Part shown: positions 35,601 to 44,559 of the stretch, piece by piece
Numbering within the stretch: position 1 is the first letter of the stretch
How the letters are laid out: each line of letters starts with the position of its first letter
Origin: Clostridiales bacterium
Lineage (GTDB): Bacteria; Bacillota; Clostridia; Oscillospirales; QAKW01
Assembly: GCA_003343605.1 (NCBI GenBank)
Contig: QAKW01000071.1
Location: 356 to 64,355, forward strand
Direction of reading: 5' to 3'
Length of the DNA stretch: 64,000 nt
The notes under the pieces: model-generated
The model's database searches: none
Told to the model about the DNA's origin: nothing
The model's input: the letters and a program-made list of their open reading frames with translations, nothing else
Position numbers and translations under genes: made by a program

Positions 35601-35722
35601 GTGCACGCAATACAATCCCCGGCGGTGTGTTTTTTGAGTCTTCTGCTTCCGCGCCGTTGGCTATAGGCTTATTACAGCATGCACACTCCTGTAAAAAGAA
35701 GTAAATGGTATTTATCAAAATA

Positions 35723-35750
35723 TTGACAATTATTAAATATTTGCTACAAT
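35723..35750 (+). promoter_or_regulatory. promoter TTGACA-16-TACAAT with extended -10 (TGcTACAAT) upstream of the cas4 stub/cas1
   Basis: Sits in an AT-rich junction between the yloV terminator and cas sequences. Confidence 0.55.
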
Positions 35751-35786
35751 ATATTATATCGTTTTTTCCATATCTCAATCTTATTC

Positions 35787-35924
35787 ATGAGATCAGGAGC
35801 TCTTGAAAAAGCCTGTAATGCATGCTCTCTAAAAGAGCTTTGCCTCCCCGGGCTAATGCAGAAACACGCGGTTTCAGACTATATCAGGAGCTATCTGGAG
35901 GAAGCTGATGAGACATCTTCTTAA
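35787..35924 (+). pseudogene. cas4: cas4 3-prime remnant (C-terminal ~45 codons only)
   Basis: This frame is below the ORF-track cutoff: MRSGALEKACNACSLKELCLPGLMQKHAVSDYIRSYLEEADETSS. It has a CX2CX5C cysteine triad and overlaps the cas1 start by 17 nt, as Cas4 genes do. An in-frame stop at 35724 leaves no room for the ~170 missing N-terminal residues. Confidence 0.65.
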
Positions 35925-36939
35925 CACGCTGTTTGTTACCACCGAAAATGCCTATCTGTCTTTAGACGGGGAAAACATTCTGATCCATCAGGAAAAAGAA
36001 ATAATCGGGCGGTATCCGCTGCACATACTGCAGGGCATTATGTGTTTTTCCTATTCGGGCGCATCGCCGGCGTCGATGGGGGCCTGTGCAGAACGGAATA
36101 TATCGCTGAGCTTTTGCTCACCGCGCGGTAAGTTTTTAGCCAGAGCATGCGGCAAAAGCAGTGGGAATGTGCTGCTGCGCCGCATGCAATATCGGATTGC
36201 CAATGATCCACAAGATAGTTGCCTGCTTGCCCGCGGTTTTATTTTGGGAAAAGTTTATAATGGAAAGGCAAGCCTGGAACGAAGCCTGCGGGATCACCGA
36301 ATGCGGTTAGATGCAGATCTGCTGATGCAGGCTGTGGATTCCATAAAACAAATTCTGCCTCAGATTGCAGCGGAAACGTCAATGGAGGCTCTGCGCGGGA
36401 TGGAGGGAAAGGCAGCGGCCGTATACTTTGGCTGTTTGGATCAATTGATTTTGAACAATAAAGAAGCCTTTTACTTTCAGGGAAGAAACCGCAGACCGCC
36501 GCTGGATAAGGTCAATGCGCTGCTGTCTTTTGCCTACAGTCTGCTGGTCACTGAATGTGCCTCTGCTTTGGAATCTGTTGGGTTAGATTCCTACGTAGGA
36601 TTTTTGCATAGGGATCGACCCGGGCGGATCTCCCTGGCTCTGGATCTGATGGAGGAACTCAGGCCCTGCTTTGCAGATCGTTTTGTGCTCACAATGATCA
36701 ACAACCGTGTCATTTCACCAGAAGACTTTGATACGCAGGAGAGCGGTGCGGTTTTAATCAAAGATTCTGCACGTCGGACATTTTTAAAGCAATGGCAGCA
36801 AAAAAAGCAGGTAATCATTACCCATCCCTATTTAGGAGAGAAAATCCCCTGGGGTTTGGTACCCTATGTGCAGGCGCTGCTCCTGGCACGATATTTGCGG
36901 GGCGATGTGGATGCTTATCCGCCATTTTTTTGGAAATGA
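35908..36939 (+). CDS. cas1: CRISPR-associated endonuclease Cas1, subtype I-C
   Basis: LNTLFVTTENAYLSLDGENILI..., GFLHRDRPGRISLALDLMEELRP, and the C-terminus YPPFFWK typical of the I-C (Dvulg) Cas1. Confidence 0.95.
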   Translation: MRHLLNTLFVTTENAYLSLDGENILIHQEKEIIGRYPLHILQGIMCFSYSGASPASMGACAERNISLSFCSPRGKFLARACGKSSGNVLLRRMQYRIANDPQDSCLLARGFILGKVYNGKASLERSLRDHRMRLDADLLMQAVDSIKQILPQIAAETSMEALRGMEGKAAAVYFGCLDQLILNNKEAFYFQGRNRRPPLDKVNALLSFAYSLLVTECASALESVGLDSYVGFLHRDRPGRISLALDLMEELRPCFADRFVLTMINNRVISPEDFDTQESGAVLIKDSARRTFLKQWQQKKQVIITHPYLGEKIPWGLVPYVQALLLARYLRGDVDAYPPFFWK

Positions 36940-36948
36940 GGGTTTGAA

Positions 36949-37239
36949 ATGTTGGTTTTAATTACCTATGATGTAAATACAGAGGATGCCGCTGGGAAGA
37001 CGCGGCTTCGCAAAATTGCAAAGCAGTGCATTAATTATGGCCAACGAGTGCAAAACTCTGTATTTGAATGTCTGCTGGATGCAGCACAGTGCCGTATATT
37101 GCAAGCAAAGCTGGTATCTATTATGGATAAAGAGCGGGACAGTCTGCGTTTCTATTATTTGGGAAACCGGTACGATACGAAGATAGAACGCTTCGGTTCT
37201 TCTGACGCCTATGCGCCAGAAGAGGTGTTGATGATTTAA
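36949..37239 (+). CDS. cas2: CRISPR-associated endoribonuclease Cas2
   Basis: MLVLITYDVNTEDAAGKTRLRKIAKQCINYGQRVQNSVFEC...LRFYYLG. Confidence 0.95.
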   Translation: MLVLITYDVNTEDAAGKTRLRKIAKQCINYGQRVQNSVFECLLDAAQCRILQAKLVSIMDKERDSLRFYYLGNRYDTKIERFGSSDAYAPEEVLMI

Positions 37240-37410
37240 GCCGCGAAGCAGAAGTACACAGCATTTCTCTGAGCGGTTCGCGCATAAAAATTCTTATATG
37301 GCTTTTCTAAACAAGATTCATTATAGTAGAATTGCCATTGATTATTAAAAAATTTGTGCAAACAAGATAGAAATGAATTCTTTATGGATTTAAATTTGTT
37401 TTTGTTTGCT

Positions 37411-37844
37411 GTCGCACCCCGCAAGGGGTGCGTGGATTGAAATATACTGTACTTAACGCTTCCGGGGCCTTTTGCCGGTCGCACCCCGCAAGGGGTGCGT
37501 GGATTGAAATTGTGGTAGCTGCTCCGTTGAAAGCAAAGTTACCGGGTCGCACCCCGCAAGGGGTGCGTGGATTGAAATGTGAATTATCTTTTCCTTGCTC
37601 CAATATTTGCACGTCGCACCCCGCAAGGGGTGCGTGGATTGAAATTGTTACTTTAAAGTGGTTGCCCTTGTTTTTGTCGGTCGCACCCCGCAAGGGGTGC
37701 GTGGATTGAAATTTTACGGCTTTGTTGTCGAAAAATTGTCTGTACGTCGCACCCCGCAAGGGGTGCGTGGATTGAAATTGCACCTGCACCAAACGCCCCG
37801 CCCAGCGGCCTGTCGCACCCCGCAAGGGGTGCGTGGACTTAAAT
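37411..37844 (+). CRISPR. CRISPR array, 7 repeats and 6 spacers, type I-C repeat
   Basis: The repeat GTCGCACCCCGCAAGGGGTGCGTGGATTGAAAT (33 nt) starts at 37411, 37478, 37546, 37613, 37680, 37746 and 37812. Spacers are 33-35 nt and all different. The last repeat is degenerate (..GGACTTAAAT). An AT-rich leader (37240-37410) sits on the cas2 side. Confidence 0.97.
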
Positions 37845-38011
37845 TTCTTAGAGCACAAATATGAAAAAGAAAATGAACCGTAAGTGATCCCCCGGACAGC
37901 ATGATGTCCCAACGATTTTTAACGGTTCATTTTCTTCTAAAGGTGATATATCACCGAATAATCAGAGCGGGACTGCCCGCGTACTGCTTGTGGAACCGCC
38001 CGGCCGCCCTT

Positions 38012-38653
38012 TCAAAGCAGCTTCAAAAACGCGAGAAGTATTAGCAGCGCGCCGCCGATCCAGGTGCAATTAAACGATGCTTTCCGGGCAGCTCTGTTGC
38101 CCAAAAGGGCGCCGCCCATGACTGCCAGCATATTGGTAGCCAGCGAACATAAAATAACCGCCCAGGCGTTTACCTCTCCGAGGGCGGCGCCGAAGCCGAC
38201 GGCCAGACCATCCAGCGAGAGCGCTGCGGCCAGCGAAAGCGCTTCGCCCGGCGAAATGGTTTTGGAGCAATCCTGATCCGCCATTTCCGGATCGGCATAC
38301 AACCGCAGCACAAACCGGAAATTAAACATATGAAAGCGGATTTCGCGGCTCAGCCGGTTATATTTGCGGATCAGCGCTTTTGTGAAACTATCGAGCAGTT
38401 TGATCAGGCCCAAAACAAACAGCAGGAGAAAGCAGATCAACGTGGTGAGCCACTCCGGAATGAGAGGGCGGATCAGCGCGCCTGCCAGGAGAGAAACGCC
38501 CATCACAGTGCTGCAGACCAGGTTGATCACCTGCACGGATAAAAACGGAATATGGATTTGATTGCTGCCGTATGCAAAGCTTGCCACAAAAGCATCCAGC
38601 GAAAGGGCCGCGGCCAGCGCCGCAGCTTCTAAAATCATCAGAACGGTTTCCAA
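38012..38653 (-). CDS. MntP/DUF204 family membrane protein, YtaF-like (sporulation membrane protein)
   Basis: AAALSLDAFVASFAYG and a second AAALSLDGLAVGFGA repeat give the duplicated DUF204 halves. TTG 38653 lies 9 nt after GGAGG; the alternative start is ATG 38638. Confidence 0.65.
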   Translation of the reverse strand: METVLMILEAAALAAALSLDAFVASFAYGSNQIHIPFLSVQVINLVCSTVMGVSLLAGALIRPLIPEWLTTLICFLLLFVLGLIKLLDSFTKALIRKYNRLSREIRFHMFNFRFVLRLYADPEMADQDCSKTISPGEALSLAAALSLDGLAVGFGAALGEVNAWAVILCSLATNMLAVMGGALLGNRAARKASFNCTWIGGALLILLAFLKLL

Positions 38654-39071
38654 GCTTCTTTTCCTCCCGCGGTTTCCGCAAATTGATGCAGACGATACCA
38701 TCAGGCCGCAATGCAGGATGATGGAAATGTCTTAATTTATGCTATGGCGGCGCGGCGCGGAGGTTCCAAACGCAGAGTTCTGTAGATATTTATGAATGAA
38801 GACGGTATGGTTTACCATACCGTCTTCACTATTTAAGCCGCCGGGGTAAAGAGGAAATCCGGGCTGCCCTCACGCAGCCGGCCCTGCGCGCCGGATCTTT
38901 ATAAAGCCACATCGGGAAGAAAAACACTGTGATACCGCCAGAGCGGCGCGCGGCGCCGTGATTTTGCATCGATTCGTTTGCCGCGTCTCCAACCGCCTGC
39001 CCTTTGCCGGGCAGGCTTGCTTTATTCTATGCCGGGGCTGGACAAACGTTCCTCCAAAGATCCAGTTATTC

Positions 39072-39854
39072 CTACAGGCGGAGCCTCCGGTATTCCCGCG
39101 GGGATTGCCCGGTTGCCTCTCGAAACAGTTTACCAAAATAGCTGGGACTCTCATAACCGCACATCCATCCGATTTCCTCGATGTTGCAGGTGCTGCAGCG
39201 CAGCAGCTGCCTGGCCTTGGCCAGGCGGATCCGCTTGAGCTGTTCCATCACGGAAATACCCTGGTTTTCTTTATAATAACGGCACAGCGCATATTTACTC
39301 ATCCGCACCTGCGCCGCGATCTGCTCCAGTGTGAGCGGTTCTGAAAAATGAGCCTCCAGATAGCGGCGCACGCGCACCGCTGCCGGCACCGAAGGCGCAA
39401 ACCAATCCTCCAGCCAGGCGGTAAGCCAGCTATAGCCCGCCGCGGAACGGGAAATCATGGTGCTGTTCCCTTCGCAAAAAATGCGCAGTTCCTCGCAGGC
39501 CGCCTGCATCGGGGGCGAGGCGGTAAAGCGGAAGGCGTTTCCGATATGATAATAATCGAGCACCGCTTCCGCTCCAAGAAAGGTGAACCAGGCCGTATCG
39601 AAAGGCCCGTCGCCCGAATGATAGCGGTGCGGAACGCCGCGGCGGCAAAATACGCCTTCTCCGGCGGAAAGGGTAAAAGCGGTTCCTTTATAGGAGAAGA
39701 GCCCCTCTCCTTCCAGCACCCAGATCACATGATGATACGGGCATCCTTCCGGCCGCACAATTGCGCCCTGGTGTGTTGTTTGCCCAACGGTGCAAACAAC
39801 AAAGGGAAGCGGCGGCTCGGGCGTTAAATATTTTTGATTGATTTCTACAAACAT
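39072..39854 (-). CDS. AraC family transcriptional regulator (cupin sensor plus HTH)
   Basis: N-terminal cupin-like domain and a C-terminal AraC HTH (LTLEQIAAQVRMSKYALCRYYKE...SPSYFGKLFRE). Confidence 0.85.
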   Translation of the reverse strand: MFVEINQKYLTPEPPLPFVVCTVGQTTHQGAIVRPEGCPYHHVIWVLEGEGLFSYKGTAFTLSAGEGVFCRRGVPHRYHSGDGPFDTAWFTFLGAEAVLDYYHIGNAFRFTASPPMQAACEELRIFCEGNSTMISRSAAGYSWLTAWLEDWFAPSVPAAVRVRRYLEAHFSEPLTLEQIAAQVRMSKYALCRYYKENQGISVMEQLKRIRLAKARQLLRCSTCNIEEIGWMCGYESPSYFGKLFREATGQSPREYRRLRL

Positions 39855-39981
39855 GGCAATATCCTTATATAAAAACAATTTATTATCATTGCAACCGGAT
39901 GGTGGAAACAATATAATTTTATTATAAAGCAGCGGGAAAGTAAAGCCTTCTGCTTAAAAAACATGAAAGGAATCAAAAACG

Positions 39982-40980
39982 ATGGAAAAGCTGCGAATCG
40001 GGCTGATCGGCTGCGGCGGGCGCGCCGAGAGCCATATGAAGGCCCTAGAAATGATGGAGGATGTGGAAGTTGCCGCAGTGGCCGATCCCATTGAGCAACG
40101 CCGCAACGCAGCGGCGCAGCGGTTTGGCTGCAAAGCGGTCTATCCGGATCATACGGCCCTCTATGAGCACGCGGGCGCCGACCGGCTGCATGCGGTGTTC
40201 ATTTCCATTGAACCAACCGCGCATACCGATACGGAAACCAGAGCCATCGATCTGGGGCTGCCGTTTATGGTGGAAAAACCCATGACGCTGGATCTTGCGC
40301 AGGCCGAGCAGATTGCGCGGCGGCTTGATGAAACGCAACTGGTCAACGCAGTTGGTTTTCAGGACCGTTATCTGGATTTAATGGATTTCATCAAGGAAGA
40401 GCTGCCGAAGCATCCGGCCGGCGGCCTTGTTTACGGCGCATGGGTCGGCGGCATTCCGAGCGTCTGGTGGTGGCAAAAGAAATCCACCTGCGGCGGACAG
40501 TTAGTGGAACAGAATATTCATCTTCTGGATGGGCTGCGCTATCTTTACGGGGAACCGCTTTCCGTTTACGCCACCTGTTCCCGCGGTATCATTAAGCCCG
40601 GGGTAACCGCTGCGGAAGATTATGATACCGACGACCATTCCACCGCCGTAATCCGGTTTCCCCATCAGGTTACGGCAACGCTGGTCAGCGGCTGCTATAC
40701 CAAAGGGGTGCGCCCGCCCTGCGGACTGCAGATTACGCTCCGGGATATGGTGCTGGACTATCGCCTGCGCAACAATCTGATCATCCGCACAGAGCACGAA
40801 ACCCGCGATATCAAAACCCGCGTCAATCAAACCTACTTACTGGACCGCGCGTTTCTTGATGCGGTGCGTACCCGAAATCCCGCCGCGGTTCGTTCCCCCT
40901 ATCAGGACGCCCTGAAATCGCTGAAGCTCGGCTTTGCCGCGAATCAATCGATGGAAAGCGGCCAGCCCGTTTTGTTTTAA
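39982..40980 (+). CDS. Gfo/Idh/MocA family oxidoreductase
   Basis: LRIGLIGCGGRAESH Rossmann N-terminus and an EKPM motif. Confidence 0.85.
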   Translation: MEKLRIGLIGCGGRAESHMKALEMMEDVEVAAVADPIEQRRNAAAQRFGCKAVYPDHTALYEHAGADRLHAVFISIEPTAHTDTETRAIDLGLPFMVEKPMTLDLAQAEQIARRLDETQLVNAVGFQDRYLDLMDFIKEELPKHPAGGLVYGAWVGGIPSVWWWQKKSTCGGQLVEQNIHLLDGLRYLYGEPLSVYATCSRGIIKPGVTAAEDYDTDDHSTAVIRFPHQVTATLVSGCYTKGVRPPCGLQITLRDMVLDYRLRNNLIIRTEHETRDIKTRVNQTYLLDRAFLDAVRTRNPAAVRSPYQDALKSLKLGFAANQSMESGQPVLF

Positions 40981-40998
40981 TGCAGAAAGGAGCCGGAT

Positions 40999-41751
40999 AT
41001 GAGATTTAGCGTATCGATTCCCTGTTTTTTTAAAAAGGATGCCTTTCCAGAGGCAATTTCAAAGGTCCGCCGGCTGGGTTTTGACGCCGCGGAAATCTGG
41101 GGTTGGGATCGATTGGATCTGAATGAGGCGCGCAGCGTCTGCCGGGAAAACGGCGTGGAACTACTGGGCATGTGCACCTCTCAGTTTTGCATGACCGATC
41201 CCAATCGGCGGGAAAAATGGCTTGCGGGGCTTCGGGAAAGCTGCGCCGCGGCGCAGAAAGCGGGTGTTCAGCGGCTGATCACCCAGGTGGGCCCCGATAC
41301 CGGGGCGGAGCGTTCCGCGCAGCACGAGAGCATTGTGGCCGCGCTGCGGGCCGCAAAACCGATTCTGGAAGCTTCCGGGATTACGCTGATGGTGGAGCCG
41401 CTCAACACGCTGTTTGACCACCCCGGGTATTACCTCTGGTCTGCTGTGGAAGGCTTTGAAATCATCCGTGAAGCAGATCACCCGCTGGTAAAACTTGTTT
41501 ACGATATATATCATCAGCAGGTGATGGAAGGAAATATTATCCCCAATATTACCCGGAATCTTGATTGCATCGCGCATCTTCACAGCGCCGGCCATCCCGG
41601 CCGCCATGAGCTGCAAAACGGCGAAAACGATTATAAAGCGATTTTTGCCGCAGTTGAAAAAGCCGGCTATACCGGCGCCTGCGGCCTGGAATACAAACCG
41701 CTGCTGCCGCCGGAAGAAAGCCTGCGCGAAACGAAACGGATCTATGGATAA
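40999..41751 (+). CDS. xylose-isomerase-like TIM barrel protein (hydroxypyruvate isomerase-like)
   Basis: EPLN, HLHSAGHPGRHE and GLEYKP motifs, as in the Hyi/sugar phosphate isomerase-epimerase family. Confidence 0.8.
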   Translation: MRFSVSIPCFFKKDAFPEAISKVRRLGFDAAEIWGWDRLDLNEARSVCRENGVELLGMCTSQFCMTDPNRREKWLAGLRESCAAAQKAGVQRLITQVGPDTGAERSAQHESIVAALRAAKPILEASGITLMVEPLNTLFDHPGYYLWSAVEGFEIIREADHPLVKLVYDIYHQQVMEGNIIPNITRNLDCIAHLHSAGHPGRHELQNGENDYKAIFAAVEKAGYTGACGLEYKPLLPPEESLRETKRIYG

Positions 41752-41788
41752 AAAGGCCCGGAAGCGCCTCACAGCGCTTCCGGGCCTT

Positions 41789-42640
41789 TTATAAATGCCG
41801 CTTCCGCCAGCTTCGGGGGCTCAGCCCCATCTGGCCGGTAAAAGCCCTGGAAAAATAGCTCAGATCGTTGAATCCGCAAGAAAGCGCGATCTCCGTAATG
41901 GATTCATTTGTTGCAAGCAGCCGCTCTGCCGCGCATTCCAGCCGGTAGGAGCGCAGATAATCCACCGGCGGTTTCCCTACGATCGCATGAAAAACCCGGC
42001 AAAAATACCGTGGGCTTAGCTGTGCTTCCGCCGCCAGGCGCTCCAGCGAAAGCGGCGCGGCATATTCCCGCCGGATTAGATCCAGCGCCGCCTTCACCAG
42101 AGAAACCTGCCGCTGGGCTTTCTGCCCTGCACGAACGGGCTTCAGGTAAAGCCCTTCCTCCAAAATCATTCCCCAAAACCGCCAGAGTGCGCCGGTGACC
42201 AGAAATTCCCGGCCGTTCCCGCGGCACGCTTCCTCCCGGAAGACCGCTCTGGCCGCGGCCTCTGTGCGGCTTTGGGACGGGAATGGGGCCGGAATCTCCC
42301 ATTCCTGCCGCAGCAGCTGAGAGGCCTGCGCATCACTTTCCGCCGTTCTTTCAAACAGCGCGCTGCCATCGAAAACGAGGCAGTTGTACACACAGTCTTC
42401 CGGTTCACCGGCATGTAAAACGCCGCCTCTGATCAGCGCCGCCGAGCCTTCGGTCAAAACGGCCGGCCGGCTGTTCAGCCGCAGGATCAGCTTCCCGCGC
42501 TCCACAAGGACCAGCTCATCCTCCATATGCCAGTGCAGCGGCATATGATAGCGTGCGTGCGTGCGGTCAACGCGGTAAAAGGCCAGCGGAAAAGCCCGGG
42601 TTCCGCGCCGCAGGTTTTCATGGTAAGAAAGATCCAGCAT
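41789..42640 (-). CDS. AraC family transcriptional regulator
   Basis: Cupin N-domain and a C-terminal HTH (LSLERLAAEAQLSPRYFCRVFH...DLSYFSRAF). It is divergent from fucI. Confidence 0.85.
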   Translation of the reverse strand: MLDLSYHENLRRGTRAFPLAFYRVDRTHARYHMPLHWHMEDELVLVERGKLILRLNSRPAVLTEGSAALIRGGVLHAGEPEDCVYNCLVFDGSALFERTAESDAQASQLLRQEWEIPAPFPSQSRTEAAARAVFREEACRGNGREFLVTGALWRFWGMILEEGLYLKPVRAGQKAQRQVSLVKAALDLIRREYAAPLSLERLAAEAQLSPRYFCRVFHAIVGKPPVDYLRSYRLECAAERLLATNESITEIALSCGFNDLSYFSRAFTGQMGLSPRSWRKRHL

Positions 42641-42754
42641 ATTGAACCCCCTGTATGTGAATATAATGATAGTTTATGGCATTATCAGCCAAGATTATTT
42701 TAAGTTTTTATCATATAATTCAATTATATTCTTATACGGGAGGAGTGTCAAGAA

Positions 42755-44548
42755 ATGAATCCGAACAGATTGATCGGCGCCTATCCGGTCATCGGCATCC
42801 GGCCCACTATCGATGGAAGGCGGGGCGCGCTGAAAATCAGGGAATCGCTGGAAGCGCAGACCATGGGGATGGCAAAGGCCGCCGCCCGGCTCTTTACGGA
42901 AAATCTTCGTTATTCCAATGGCGAGCCGGTAAAGGTTATTCTGGCAGACAGCACCATCGGCAGGGTGGCCGAAGCCGCCGCCGCGGCTGAAAAATTCCGC
43001 CGGGAAGGGGTAAGCATTACGCTCACCGTTACGCCCTGCTGGTGTTATGGGGCGGAAACCATGGATATGGATCCGCACACCATCAAAGGCGTTTGGGGCT
43101 TTAACGGAACCGAACGCCCGGGTGCGGTTTATCTGGCCTCTGTTTTGGCTTCCCACGCCCAGAAGGGCCTGCCGGCATTCGGCATTTACGGAAAGGATGT
43201 GCAGGAGGCTGGCGCGCAGGACATTCCGGCCGATGTGCGGGAAAAGCTGCTGCGTTTCGGCCGCGCCGCGGTGGCCGCCGCCACCATGCGGGGTAAATCG
43301 TATCTGCAGATCGGCTCGGTCTGTATGGGGATCGCCGGCTCCATAGTGGATCCCGCATTTTTTGAGGAATATCTGGGCATGCGGGTTGAGAGCGTAGACG
43401 AAGTGGAAATCATCCGCCGGATGGAAGAGGGGATTTATGATCAGGCCGCATATGAGCATGCGCTCGCCTGGGCCAAAGAAAACTGCCCGCAGGGGTTCGA
43501 TAAGAATCCGCCCGCCCTTCAGAAAACAGAGGCTGAAAAGGAGCGGGACTTCGCCTTTAGCGTGAAAATGATGTGTATCATAAAGGATCTCTTCCACGGA
43601 AACCCCCACCTGCCGGCTGGCAGAGAGGAAGAGATGGCCGGCCATAACGCGATTGCAGGCGGCTTTCAGGGGCAGCGCCAGTGGACCGATTTTTATCCGA
43701 ACTGCGATCTGCCGGAAGCGCTTTTGAATTCCTCCTTTGATTGGGAGGGGCCGCGTGAAAGCTACATTCTTGCAACAGAAAACGATTCGCTCAATGCCGT
43801 CTGCATGCTTTTCGGCAAGCTCCTTACCGGCCGGGCGCAGATGTTTTCCGATGTGCGCACCTACTGGAGTGCGGAAGCGGTTGCAAGCGCAACCGGCTAC
43901 AGTCTGGAAGGCCCGGCAAAACAAGCCGGCGGTTTTTTACATCTGATCAACAGCGGCGCCTCCTGCCTGGATTTCTGCGGCGAAGTGCGCAATGAAGCCG
44001 GGGAGCGGGTGATCAAGCCCTTCTGGGAAATGAGAAAAGAAGATGTGGAGGCCTGCCTGCGCGCCACAACCTGGAACCCGGCCGATCTGGGCTATTTCCG
44101 GGGCGGCGGCTTTTCTTCCCGGTTTGAAACCCGCGGCGCGATGCCGGTAACCATGGTGCGCCTAAATCTGGTAAAAGGGCTGGGGCCGGTTCTGCAGCTT
44201 TGCGAGGGCTATACGGTGGAATTGCCGCAGGCTGTATCCGATGCGCTTTGGAAACGAACCGACTATACCTGGCCCAGCACCTGGTTTGCCCCGCGCCTGA
44301 CCGGAGCCGGGCCGTTTACCTCGGCCTACGAGGTGATGAATCACTGGGGAGCCAATCACGGCGCCGTCAGCTATGGCCATATCGGCGCCGATCTGCTGAC
44401 GCTTTGCAGTATGCTGCGCATTCCGGTGTGCATGCATAATGTGGAAGAATCCAAAATTTTCCGGCCGGCGGCCTGGAATGCATTTGGAATGGATCCGGAA
44501 GGGCAGGATTATCGCGCCTGCGCGGCCTATGGGCCGCTGTACCGGTAA
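42755..44548 (+). CDS. fucI: L-fucose isomerase
   Basis: 597 aa. [21 protein letters not shown]...TPCWCYG...[15 protein letters not shown] matches FucI. Confidence 0.9.
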   Translation: MNPNRLIGAYPVIGIRPTIDGRRGALKIRESLEAQTMGMAKAAARLFTENLRYSNGEPVKVILADSTIGRVAEAAAAAEKFRREGVSITLTVTPCWCYGAETMDMDPHTIKGVWGFNGTERPGAVYLASVLASHAQKGLPAFGIYGKDVQEAGAQDIPADVREKLLRFGRAAVAAATMRGKSYLQIGSVCMGIAGSIVDPAFFEEYLGMRVESVDEVEIIRRMEEGIYDQAAYEHALAWAKENCPQGFDKNPPALQKTEAEKERDFAFSVKMMCIIKDLFHGNPHLPAGREEEMAGHNAIAGGFQGQRQWTDFYPNCDLPEALLNSSFDWEGPRESYILATENDSLNAVCMLFGKLLTGRAQMFSDVRTYWSAEAVASATGYSLEGPAKQAGGFLHLINSGASCLDFCGEVRNEAGERVIKPFWEMRKEDVEACLRATTWNPADLGYFRGGGFSSRFETRGAMPVTMVRLNLVKGLGPVLQLCEGYTVELPQAVSDALWKRTDYTWPSTWFAPRLTGAGPFTSAYEVMNHWGANHGAVSYGHIGADLLTLCSMLRIPVCMHNVEESKIFRPAAWNAFGMDPEGQDYRACAAYGPLYR

Positions 44549-44559
44549 GGAGGCGCCGG

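Noticed and set aside
37382-37912. ORFs of 60-176 aa on both strands across 37236-37912, with repeated STHPLRGAT / TPQGVRGLK peptides
   Set aside because: They are translations of the CRISPR repeat (GTCGCACCCCGCAAGGGGTGCGTGGATTGAAAT). The periodic peptide repeat is the array itself.
38654-38900. yybP-ykoY manganese riboswitch upstream of the MntP/YtaF-like gene
   Set aside because: The conserved blocks (GGGGAGTAG, TTGGC, CAAGAC) are absent on the minus strand.
38870-39344. 94-aa (minus) and 128-aa (plus) ORFs around the AraC gene 3-prime end
   Set aside because: There is no RBS, the composition is Arg/Pro/Gly-biased, and one is antisense to the AraC HTH-coding region.
42695-43924. 409-aa antisense ORF inside fucI
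   Set aside because: The sense frame is an unambiguous L-fucose isomerase. The antisense translation has no motifs. The same reasoning rejects 44527-45120, 32174-33436, 30459-31187, 19387-20259, 13620-14426, 41161-41772, 48581-49264, 58710-59537, 34268-34987 and 62823-63518.
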